NCBI GenBank assembly: GCA_963850905.1
Contig: CAWKMU010000003.1
Span: 352,001-416,000 of the forward strand
Reading direction: 5' to 3'
Origin: an uncultured Gemmatimonadales bacterium
Lineage (GTDB): Bacteria; Gemmatimonadota; Gemmatimonadetes; Gemmatimonadales; Gemmatimonadaceae
Length of the DNA: 64,000 bases
The notes under the pieces are model-generated. The model searched no databases, was not told where the DNA came from, and worked only from the letters and a program-made list of their open reading frames with translations. Each line of letters begins with the position of its first letter. Within the stretch, counting starts at the first letter, position 1. Shown here piece by piece: positions 1 to 8,739 of this stretch. The position numbers and the translations under genes are program-made.

Positions 1-214
1 GTTGCGGCTGCTCAGCCGTGACGATCATTGGCGGCAAGGCAAGATCAAATGATGTGAGCTCCGCCAACAGCCCCTGATAGGACACGAGGCTGAAAAACAC
101 GATCGATGTGAGCACATCGATCAACGGGACGAGGTTGATGCCTCCGTGACCGAGCGTCGATGTCGCGCGCTCAGCTCTGCGGAGCTTGGCTCGGTGAAAC
201 CGTGAAGCCGGCAT
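1..214 (-). CDS. ExbD/TolR-family biopolymer transport protein (N-terminal part; runs off window start)
   Basis: Manual translation from ATG at 214: MPASRFHRAKLRRAERATSTLGHGGINLVPLIDVLTSIVFFSLV..., with the ExbD/TolR INLxPxIDV TM motif including the conserved Asp. Lies directly downstream of the MotA/TolQ/ExbB gene. Not in the ORF track. Confidence 0.85.
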   Translation of the reverse strand, partial: MPASRFHRAKLRRAERATSTLGHGGINLVPLIDVLTSIVFFSLVSYQGLLAELTSFDLALPPMIVTAEQPQ

Positions 215-274
215 GGGGGCCGCTAGGATCGGGGCGTCGAAGCCGCGCGTCGCTGCTTGTGTGCAGCGCGCGCG

Positions 275-916
275 CTAACGCCCGATCCGAACGTCGGGGC
301 GCTCCACCAGCGCGTTGATCAGTCGGACAGAGAACTCGTCGACTTGCTCGATGATCTCCTCAGCCTGCGAAGCGAGATACGAGTGCGCCAGCGTCAATGG
401 AATCGCTGTGGCCAAGCCGAACCCAGTCGCATTCAACGCGATCGCGATACCCTCGGCGAGTTTGTCCGAACGTTGCGCCGCCGATGCAGCCGCGACGGAC
501 GCGAACGCCGCTTTGAGTCCGAAGATCGTCCCAAAGAGCCCGATCAGCGTAGCCACGTTGGCGAGCACGGGAAGGTACTGCAGGCGCCGTGTCAGTCGCG
601 GAATCACCGACAGCGAGGCCGCGTCCGCCACGTTCTGTAGGTCGCCCTCCTCCCGACTCTTGCTCCGGAGAATCAGGAGCCCGATGTCGGGCAGCGGGGC
701 GTGCGATTGCGCGCACAGCCGCATCGCATCCTCCGGCTTTTGCGCCCGGACGAGCTGCATCACGCGTTCGATGAACGCTGGCCCGTTGATCCGTGACCGG
801 ACGATGATCACGTAGAAGCGTTCGAGAAACACGGCAAGGCCCGCGAGCGCGACCAGGAGGATCGGCCACATGATCGGGCCGCCATTTCGGAACCACTCGA
901 GCAGGGATTGCATCAC
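275..916 (-). CDS. MotA/TolQ/ExbB proton-channel family protein
   Basis: GGPIMWPIL N-terminal TM, ATLIGLFGTIFGL and GIAIALNATGFGLATAIP TM motifs; adjacent to exbD-like gene. Confidence 0.92.
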   Translation of the reverse strand: MMQSLLEWFRNGGPIMWPILLVALAGLAVFLERFYVIIVRSRINGPAFIERVMQLVRAQKPEDAMRLCAQSHAPLPDIGLLILRSKSREEGDLQNVADAASLSVIPRLTRRLQYLPVLANVATLIGLFGTIFGLKAAFASVAAASAAQRSDKLAEGIAIALNATGFGLATAIPLTLAHSYLASQAEEIIEQVDEFSVRLINALVERPDVRIGR

Positions 917-1392
917 TTCTCCCGTGGGGCGTTCGATGTCGGACCCTGTGCCGCGTCGCCGGCCTTTGCGCGCGGAGACGGCTCAGAGTTGGGGGACGGC
1001 GTGTTACCCGAGCCAATGGGGCGCGCGGATGAGTCCGCCGGAGGACGATGGCTGCTATCGGCTGGCAACGCGGGCGCCGTCCAGGCGACCGGTGCCGTGC
1101 CAGCGGCCGTCGACAGATCTGGCACGATCTGGTACGGCGCCGTCAGCGATTCCCAGAAGTGCCGGTCGTAGAAGGCCGGCGTCAGCACCTCTCGACTGAA
1201 GATCGGGATCTGGCGCGGACGCACCGTTACCACCTGCGGCGTCGGCACTTGCCCGCGGATCTCGATAGGCTGGACGCCCTTGGCCTTGGACGGCGCGGGC
1301 GCCGGATTGCCCGGTTGCTGGGCGCTCGCACTGGCCGCCGCGAGCACGAGGCCGACCGACGCCCAGACGAGGCGCGCGCGCTCAGAGATCAT
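913..1392 (-). CDS. Small secreted protein, possibly GltF/CglF-like
   Basis: ATG at 1392 overlaps the end of the TPR gene. Signal peptide (LVWASVGLVLAAASASA-QQ), IEIRGQVPTPQVVTV motif and Pro/Ala-rich tail; stop overlaps the ExbB start. Confidence 0.65.
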   Translation of the reverse strand: MISERARLVWASVGLVLAAASASAQQPGNPAPAPSKAKGVQPIEIRGQVPTPQVVTVRPRQIPIFSREVLTPAFYDRHFWESLTAPYQIVPDLSTAAGTAPVAWTAPALPADSSHRPPADSSARPIGSGNTPSPNSEPSPRAKAGDAAQGPTSNAPREK

Positions 1393-4300
1393 CGGGCACC
1401 TTCCCCTGCAGGCCGTCGTGAGCCATGTCGATCCACTTGTTGGCGATCTTTTGCTGCGCGGCCTTGTCGACCAGGGCCTGCCAGGTCTTCTGGGCCTGGT
1501 CGAAGTAGCTCGCGGCCTGGCGTGCGGCACCGTCCTTTGCGGCCGAACGCTCGGCATCGCTCAGAGCCGCCGGTAGTTGGGCGTCCTTCAGGAAGTTGCC
1601 GTATTCCCACTGGGCCGCACCGATATAATAGGTAGCCGCCGAGAGATAGTCCGGATCACCCGCTTCGATGGCTCGGGTGAATGTCTTCGTCAGGCCGTTG
1701 AGCAACTCGAGCTTCGGCGCAGATGCACGCTTGACGCCCAGAGCTGTCAGTTGCGACGTCCTGGCGATGACGAGTCGGATCGGGCGATACCGCTGGAACT
1801 GTTGCACGCCTTCCGCAAAGGCTGCTCGACCCGCCCGGGCCGCGCAATCGGCCTTGAGGTCAGGTGGTGGCGTGGCCGTACACATGGCGGCGAGCTCGGT
1901 GTTGACGGCACTCGTGTCACCCACCGTCTTGAGGAGCGTCACCCGCAACGAACGCGCCGATGTCGCCCGGCTGTCGAGCGGGTAGCGGCGGGCGAAGTCA
2001 CCGAGCGTCCGCGCCGCAGTCGCCGTGTCGCGCGCTTCGAGATAGGTCGCCGCGGCATTGTACAGAGCGTCGCTGGCACGCTTGTCGTGCGGATAGTCGA
2101 CCGCAAACTGCTCGTACGCGATGGCCGCCTCTTTCTGCCGATGCAGCGAGTCCAGACGCACGGCCAGGCGGATCTCGGCGTCCGCTCGACCGTGCCACTC
2201 CGGATTGTCCTCGATCATCTTCCGCAAGGCGTCGATCGACTCGTCGCCCTTGCCGATTTCGGCCAAGAGATCCGCATACAACGTCTGGTACTGCAGCCGG
2301 TACCGGTACAGCGGATATTGCGTGATCAGTCGCTTGGAGAGCTCCGCCGCGTGCCCGCGGGCGTCCTTCGACGCGGCCAGATCGCCCTTCCCGCGCGCGA
2401 CGCTGTCCGCGAGCATGTAGGTCTCGATGGCGTCGCGCAGCGCATCGGCTGCCTTTTCGCTCGTGGGATTCGCATCCGCATAGGCCACGTACACGTCTTG
2501 CGCCGCCTGCTGATACTGCCCGGCCTTGACGAGTGAGTCGGCGTATGTCGACGCGGCGGCCGCCTGGATGCGCTTCACGGAGTCCGCCAGCGCCTGATGA
2601 CCATTGTGCACGGCGCTCGCGTACGCCGAATCCCACTGCGCCTGCGCGGTCCCGTACTTGCCGGCCTTGTACATCGCGTCACCGACGAGCTTCATCGCCG
2701 TCGGCGTGTATGCGTCCTGCGGGTATTGCGATGCGTATTGCCGGAACGCTGATGCCATCACGTCCCAGCGTCCCGACTCCGACGCCCGGCGGCCTTCCTC
2801 GATCAGCGCCCGCTTCGCGACATCGGTGTGCGGGTAATGCTCGGCGTATGCGTTGATCACCGAGAACAGCGAGTCCTGCAGCGACCGGTCGGCCTTGCGC
2901 GCACTCAGCGCCGAGTCGTACGCGACGATCGCGTTCTGCGCCGCGCGCTGCTCGGACGCCGTCACCGCCTTGCTCGTGTCCTCGGGGAATCCGTACGCCG
3001 TGCGCGCGTATTCGGCACCCGCGCGTGAATACTGGCCGTCACCGAACAGCGCCTCGGCGTACAGGTTGTCGACGGCACGTGCACTGTCCGACGCCCCATA
3101 GTCCGCCATGTACTTCGCATACAGTCGCGCCGCCTCGGCGAAGTGCTGGCGGGTCGCTGCCAGTGCGACGCCCGTCGCCGGGCCGCTGCCGAACGCCGAC
3201 GCCGCCTGCGACCGGCGCCGCGTCCGCGTCGCGTCTGATCCGGCGACGCCCTCCGCCTTCGCCAACTCATACTGCGCGCTCTCCCGCAACGCCGACTCGC
3301 GCGCGTCGCGGGATTCTTTGGAAAGGCTCGGATTCGCCCCGGTCCACGAGAACCCGGGCGTGAACTTGTCGACGAGCGCCAGCCGCGCGCTCTGTGCCTT
3401 GTCCGGCTCCAGCGTGCGATTCTGATAAATGTCGATGACCTCTCGCGACACACTGAGGGCGATGGAGTCGTTTGGCGCCTCGATGAGCAGCTCGCGATAC
3501 GCGTCCACCGCGCGACCGAAATCGCCCTGGTCCCGCAGCCGCGCCGCGACGCGCCGCAACACCTGCGCTTTGTAGCCCGTGTCGACACGACCGGTGAAGT
3601 AGTGATTCATCGCATCGGCCCCGCCGACCTGCGTGAACGAGACAGCCATGTAGTCCATGGTCTCGTCACGCAGTCCGAGGCGCGCCTGTCGGTCCGTCGG
3701 GAGCTTGTCGTAGGCCTCGACCAGTCGTCCGAAGACATCGACGGCCTGCCGGTACCCGTCCTGGTTTTGCTGCGACGCCTGGCTGTAGTAGGACCAGCCC
3801 AGCTTGTAGAGGGCCAGATAGTAGATGTCACCCGTCGCCGGGGCGATCGCGGCCGCTTGCTCGTACGCTGCAGCCGCTTTGCCAAACATTGCCTGCCGCG
3901 GCGCGCCCCGCGCCGCGCTCGCCATCTCGAACCGCGCATCGCCAAGCCGGAACCACGACTCCGCGCGCAACGGAGAATCCTGAATGCCGCTCACCTTCTC
4001 GAACATCCCGGCCGCATCGGTATAATGCTCCTCGGCGCCGTACAACGTGCCCAGGGTGTACGTGGCTCCGTCCAACTGCGGGAAGGTCGGATAGTGTTGC
4101 ACCAACTCCTCGAGTCGTGCGATCGCCACTGCATAGTCCGGGTGAGCCGAAGCCTCCCCGCGCGCAGCACGGCTCGTATCGTTTACCGTGGCCCGCTGCG
4201 CGGCTGCGAACCGCTCGTCGGCGCGCCGGACCAGCAGCTCTCCAAGCTCGTAGAGTGCGCCCGCACGCGCCGGGCTGTTGGGATAGCGTGCGATCACCTG

Positions 4301-6580
4301 CTCGAGCGTGGCGATCGCCGAATCCGGCAGCGGGTCCCCCGAGCGGCTCGACCCGTTGGCGGCGGCGTCGCTCGCGATCTGGCGGAAGAAGCCGGCACCT
4401 GCCGCGCCAAAGTCTGCCGCTTCGACGCTCCGGCGGGCCTCCTCCGCGACCACGGCGCCACGCACGCTCAGGTCTCGCTCGACCAGTGACGTCACACTCG
4501 CGGCTGCTTGCTCCTGATGCGCCGCCGACGCCGTCAGGAACGACCGGAGCGCGCCGCGCAAACTGTCGCCCTGCGTCACACGCGCCATCTGGTCATCGAC
4601 GGCAGCCTCGCCCGATGTCACCGCTCGCCGCGTCTGGATGAGAAGTTCCCGCGTGCGCTCCCCTCGGAGCCGCACCGTATCGCGCAACGCGAAGGCCGGA
4701 TGCGCGGCGATCGCAGCCGCGAGACCTTGATCGATCACGTCGGCCACATGCGAGTATTCCGCAGCGGTCGCGGCTTCGCGGTCCAGCGTCTCCAGATCCT
4801 CCGGAGAGCCGGCTTTCCCGACCATTTGCCGCACACTGTCGATCTGTCGGATGTTCTCGCTCGCCAGAGTCCGCGTGCTCGTCAGCTGCGGGTTGAACAG
4901 GTCGCGGAGGCGCACGCCCGCTTCGTCCACCCGTTGCGTCACCCTCGCGAGCGAATCCTCGTCGCGCGACAGTCTGTTGAACATCGGCCCCAGGCTGTCA
5001 CCCGCCGCAGTAATGCTGGCCCGTTCCCGCTCCAGCAGCTGGATCTGCAGCGCGAGGTTGCTGCGACGGCTCGCCAGCGCGGCGTTCCCCACAGCGACTT
5101 CGACATCGGCCGCGTGCAGCGCGTGGACGCCGCGGTCCAAATCGGCTCGCGCCGAACGACCGGCTGCGTCCGAGGGTTCGGAGACAAACACGGCCTGGCG
5201 GAGGTTGTCGCGTTCCGCCGGGGTAAGTCCTTCGCTCGAACGGTTTGCAAGGGAATCCACGCGGACGGTGACGCTCGCGACGGAGAGGATAGCCGGCGGA
5301 GCGAAGTTCGGGGACAACCCCGTTTTCGCGCCATTGCCCGCGGTCTGCAGCGCCTCAGCTTGCGCGCCGGCGCTGTCAGCGAACACCCACGTCTTACCCA
5401 ATGACACATCCGGGACGAGCAGCACGTCGGCCGCGCGTGCGGTGACCAGCGCACGCGCAGTTGCTCCTGGTGCTGCCGCCCACTGCGCGGTGTGCTGTGC
5501 CGCCGTGCCAGCCGAGTCCGCCACCGCGCGGAAGGCACCCTCGGCGTCGCGCGCGCGATCCTGCACCAAGAGCCCTTGCGCCGCCATGAGGCGGTCCTCA
5601 TTGCGTCGCGGCAATTGCGGATAGCGGTCGGCGACGTCGTCGAAAGCCTCTGCCGAAAGGTCGGGATGATCACCGCGCGTGAGGGCCCAGGCACGGACGG
5701 TCCTGGCCGCCGCGTCGGACGCACTGCGCGGATCCACGCGACTCGCGGCGGCAGCCGCCTGCTCGTACGATCCCGCGTCGGCGGTCAGTTCCGCGCTCGC
5801 AAGCCGCAGCTGGTCAGCCGCGTCCCCCGTTGCCGTCATCAAGGCGGCATCGACGGACGCGATCGCCGCGGATGCATGCGCCGTGTCCGCGCGCGCGGCG
5901 GCAATCGCGTTCATGTACCGAGCGTAGTCAGCATACGGGCCCGTGCCCGCGAGTTGCTGCGCGCGCGTGAAGGCGGCGTGCGCCGCGTTCAGGTCGCCGC
6001 TCTGATACTCGATCAGTCCGGTGACCAGTGCCGATGCCGTTGTCTGCTCATCGTGGCTGACGTCTTTCAGGACGCTGAGCCCGCGAGTCAGATCGCCGGT
6101 GCGATAGGCGCTAAAGAGGAGCTGCGTGCGCAGGACTGCGCCGTAACGACCAGCTGCCGGGCCCGCCAGCACCGCCTCCGCCGCCACGCGCATGCTGTCA
6201 TCCATGCCCAGGCGATAGAAGGATTCGGCCAGGAGAAACTGGCGGTCAGGCTCGCCGCGCCACTGCGCACCGTCATTGCCCGCCGGCGGAGGCACGACCG
6301 ATCGGAGTCGGGCCAGCGCGGCGATCGCCTGGCCGTTGAGGACATCGAACAGAGCAACCCGGATTTCCGCATCGGCCGCACGTCCCTCGTTCAACTCCGG
6401 GATGAGCGCCGTGTCAGCCGTTGGCGCGACCCTCCGCGCCGGCAATGAATCGATCGCCGGTTGGCTCGCGCGGGTCCGCGCCAGCGTTGACGTGTCGCGC
6501 GTGGCCCGTCCAGCCTGCGCCATGACGGGAGAGGCAACGGCTGCAACGGCCAGCAGCCCAAGGATGCGCAGGCACGTCAT
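1382..6580 (-). CDS. Very large periplasmic tetratricopeptide-repeat protein (~1732 aa), GltD/AgmU-like
   Basis: Start reassigned to MTCLRILGLLAVAAVASPVMA-Q (signal peptide) inside the 2017-aa track ORF. Many BamD/CpoB-like TPR motifs (RYPNSPARAGALYELGE, YYLALYKLGWSYY, DYPHDKRASDALYNAA) and a central coiled coil. Confidence 0.85.
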   Translation of the reverse strand: MTCLRILGLLAVAAVASPVMAQAGRATRDTSTLARTRASQPAIDSLPARRVAPTADTALIPELNEGRAADAEIRVALFDVLNGQAIAALARLRSVVPPPAGNDGAQWRGEPDRQFLLAESFYRLGMDDSMRVAAEAVLAGPAAGRYGAVLRTQLLFSAYRTGDLTRGLSVLKDVSHDEQTTASALVTGLIEYQSGDLNAAHAAFTRAQQLAGTGPYADYARYMNAIAAARADTAHASAAIASVDAALMTATGDAADQLRLASAELTADAGSYEQAAAAASRVDPRSASDAAARTVRAWALTRGDHPDLSAEAFDDVADRYPQLPRRNEDRLMAAQGLLVQDRARDAEGAFRAVADSAGTAAQHTAQWAAAPGATARALVTARAADVLLVPDVSLGKTWVFADSAGAQAEALQTAGNGAKTGLSPNFAPPAILSVASVTVRVDSLANRSSEGLTPAERDNLRQAVFVSEPSDAAGRSARADLDRGVHALHAADVEVAVGNAALASRRSNLALQIQLLERERASITAAGDSLGPMFNRLSRDEDSLARVTQRVDEAGVRLRDLFNPQLTSTRTLASENIRQIDSVRQMVGKAGSPEDLETLDREAATAAEYSHVADVIDQGLAAAIAAHPAFALRDTVRLRGERTRELLIQTRRAVTSGEAAVDDQMARVTQGDSLRGALRSFLTASAAHQEQAAASVTSLVERDLSVRGAVVAEEARRSVEAADFGAAGAGFFRQIASDAAANGSSRSGDPLPDSAIATLEQVIARYPNSPARAGALYELGELLVRRADERFAAAQRATVNDTSRAARGEASAHPDYAVAIARLEELVQHYPTFPQLDGATYTLGTLYGAEEHYTDAAGMFEKVSGIQDSPLRAESWFRLGDARFEMASAARGAPRQAMFGKAAAAYEQAAAIAPATGDIYYLALYKLGWSYYSQASQQNQDGYRQAVDVFGRLVEAYDKLPTDRQARLGLRDETMDYMAVSFTQVGGADAMNHYFTGRVDTGYKAQVLRRVAARLRDQGDFGRAVDAYRELLIEAPNDSIALSVSREVIDIYQNRTLEPDKAQSARLALVDKFTPGFSWTGANPSLSKESRDARESALRESAQYELAKAEGVAGSDATRTRRRSQAASAFGSGPATGVALAATRQHFAEAARLYAKYMADYGASDSARAVDNLYAEALFGDGQYSRAGAEYARTAYGFPEDTSKAVTASEQRAAQNAIVAYDSALSARKADRSLQDSLFSVINAYAEHYPHTDVAKRALIEEGRRASESGRWDVMASAFRQYASQYPQDAYTPTAMKLVGDAMYKAGKYGTAQAQWDSAYASAVHNGHQALADSVKRIQAAAASTYADSLVKAGQYQQAAQDVYVAYADANPTSEKAADALRDAIETYMLADSVARGKGDLAASKDARGHAAELSKRLITQYPLYRYRLQYQTLYADLLAEIGKGDESIDALRKMIEDNPEWHGRADAEIRLAVRLDSLHRQKEAAIAYEQFAVDYPHDKRASDALYNAAATYLEARDTATAARTLGDFARRYPLDSRATSARSLRVTLLKTVGDTSAVNTELAAMCTATPPPDLKADCAARAGRAAFAEGVQQFQRYRPIRLVIARTSQLTALGVKRASAPKLELLNGLTKTFTRAIEAGDPDYLSAATYYIGAAQWEYGNFLKDAQLPAALSDAERSAAKDGAARQAASYFDQAQKTWQALVDKAAQQKIANKWIDMAHDGLQGKVPDDL

Positions 6581-6675
6581 GGGAGAGACGCACCGCGACA
6601 CCCCCAGCTCACGGGCGCGGATCGGTCCGCCCTGCTCCGCGACTGCTCGGGACTCGAGGTCCGGCGCGCGCCCAA

Positions 6676-7435
6676 TTAGGGCGACGTTCCGCTGCGATTG
6701 GACCACGTGCTCAGCACGAGTTGGCCGTTGCGTACGGCGAACTGCACGTACGTGATGGCGGCCGTAGGGACATCGACGTTCGCAGCCTTCGTCAGCGACG
6801 CGCCGTTGACGACAGCTGTAGCCGAGACCGTATGCGTCGCCGGGAGGACGTTCGAGTGATACGCCTCGTCGACGGCGCCCGCGTTGAGGGCGTCGACCGC
6901 GCCCACACTGTAGTGGCGCACGACGGCAGGGGCGCTGTCCACCTGCACGGAGATGTTGTCGAATGCGCTGCACTTGCGCACTCGAATCGACCCGGATGAC
7001 GACGACCAGCTCGGCAGCCGCCCGGCGACGAACCGCTTCGCCCAACGACAAGAATCGATCTCGCTGCGCCAGCAGGTTGTCCTGCGACGCGGTGAGCACA
7101 GAATCGAGCGATCGGAGCGCCGTGGTCTCGTGGGACAAGAGCAGCTGGCTGGCACGCGCTTCCGACGCCTTGGCCGCGACGCTCTCGACTCGAGACTCGA
7201 GCTTGATGCGCTCGCTGCGCAACTCGGCCAGCTTCCGCTCTGCCGATCGAATGTCGTTCAGCTCAGCCTGGCGCTTCGTGAGGTACTCTTGTTCGGCCGC
7301 GGCCGCGGCGTGACTCGACGATGTATCCGGTATCCGATGGGCCGCCGTGTCCTGAGCCGCGACCGTTGTCCCGATACTGACGAGCGCGATGAGGGCCCCG
7401 AGCACACTGCGCCAGGAGCGCGAACCCATGTTCAT
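6676..7435 (-). CDS. Secreted coiled-coil + beta-sandwich protein (one-base frameshift near 6963)
   Basis: Signal peptide and heptad-rich N-half in the 7435 frame. Protein-like sequence continues as DNISVQVDSAPAVVRHYSVGAVDALNAGAVDEAYHSNVLPATHTVSATAVVNG... in the 6676..7155 frame. Removing one T from CGCATTCGAC (minus strand) joins them as QRIDNISV. Confidence 0.7.
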
Positions 7436-8739
7436 GGCGCGTGCTCGCTGTTGGGGGGCGCCGATGGCGGCGTCGATGGCGGCGTCGCCGGTGGTGTCGT
7501 GGGTGGTGTTGTGGACGTTGGGGCCGACGAGGAGCCGCTACTCCCCTCGGTCTCGGACTCGATGCGGCGCAGCCGGTCCTCGAGGTGGTGGAGCGCGTCG
7601 GTCTCCGTCTCCAGTTGGTTCTGCGCCTGGGCGCGCCGCTCCTCGAGCTCGAGCAGGTTCTGCGCCTCGTACCGATGGATCTCACCCTGCAGCTGCGCGA
7701 TGCGCAGCTGGTGTTCCCCGATTTGGGTCAACAGCTCGTCGCGTTGCTTCTTGAGCGCGGCGACCCGGTTCTCCAACACGTTGCCGTGGACCAGCGCCAG
7801 GAAGTTGCTCTCCCAGCCCAGGGAGAAGTTGAGCTTCGTGTAGCGATACAGTGCCGATGCCGGGTCGCTGGCCACGAACTTCGGATTCCCCGCGCCGAGC
7901 TCGGTCACCGCTACGCCAGCCCGCAACCCGCGATAGGACACGTACGTGCCCACATTGAAGTCCCAGGCATTGTTCTCCGCCATCACCGACAGGAGCGTGT
8001 TCGGCGTCGGCCGGAAATCCGTCTTGATACCATAGAAGAAGCCCCCGGTCGCGTCCGCCGCATAGTCGCGCGTCGGCAGTGACCCGTGATTCGAGAAGAG
8101 GCCATTGCCGTATCCGAGCGACAGGCTGACGCCAACGTCGGGCCACGTCGAGCGCAGATCGGTCAAGGAGAAGCTCTTGGTCGCGACGCCATAGACCGTG
8201 TTGGCGGTCGAGAAGCCGCGATGCACCGAATCCGCTCCGATGACCGGCGCCGTGCCGCCGCCGGGGTTGAACCCTTGGGCATACCCCAAGCCGAACCGAT
8301 CGATATGATCGTAGGGGCCAATGTTCCGCATACCGATGGCGAGCGACGGCAGGAATGACCCCGTTCGGCCACGGAAATTCTCCGCATTCCACAACAGGAC
8401 ACGCCCATAGAACCCGTGCTCGAAGTCCTTGGATAGGACCGACATCCCGAGTTCGACATGCTGGAAGAGGGACACGCCGAGGGAGCCCGTCCCGACCATC
8501 GAGTTCTGGTATTGCGGCACCGTGGGCGATGTTTGCAACGCCGTCCCGGACCAATTGAGCGAGAAGTCGCCCGACATCGGCGAGACCCAGGCGGCCGGGA
8601 TGTCGATCAACCCAGTGTCCCAATGCAGGGTCTGGGCAAACTCGGGTTGCGCTTGCACACGGCGCCCCAAGAGCATGGCGACGGCGAGCAGCACCACGCT
8701 CCAGCGGTGCACCGCTCGCGAGGCGTCAGGTCGGGTCAC
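7432..8739 (-). CDS. Predicted outer-membrane beta-barrel (YjbH-like N-terminus) with C-terminal coiled coil
   Basis: Signal peptide, TLHWDTGLIDIPAAWV, alternating aromatic/Gly strands, then a ~70-aa coiled coil and Pro/Thr tail. ATGA overlaps on both sides. Confidence 0.7.
   Translation of the reverse strand: MTRPDASRAVHRWSVVLLAVAMLLGRRVQAQPEFAQTLHWDTGLIDIPAAWVSPMSGDFSLNWSGTALQTSPTVPQYQNSMVGTGSLGVSLFQHVELGMSVLSKDFEHGFYGRVLLWNAENFRGRTGSFLPSLAIGMRNIGPYDHIDRFGLGYAQGFNPGGGTAPVIGADSVHRGFSTANTVYGVATKSFSLTDLRSTWPDVGVSLSLGYGNGLFSNHGSLPTRDYAADATGGFFYGIKTDFRPTPNTLLSVMAENNAWDFNVGTYVSYRGLRAGVAVTELGAGNPKFVASDPASALYRYTKLNFSLGWESNFLALVHGNVLENRVAALKKQRDELLTQIGEHQLRIAQLQGEIHRYEAQNLLELEERRAQAQNQLETETDALHHLEDRLRRIESETEGSSGSSSAPTSTTPPTTPPATPPSTPPSAPPNSEHAP

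Noticed and set aside
1382..7435. Single 2017-aa fusion protein
   Set aside because: The segment between ~6960 and 6580 is Arg-rich shadow sequence, a better frame exists for 6676-6960, and a second signal peptide begins at 6580. Two genes plus one indel is more parsimonious.
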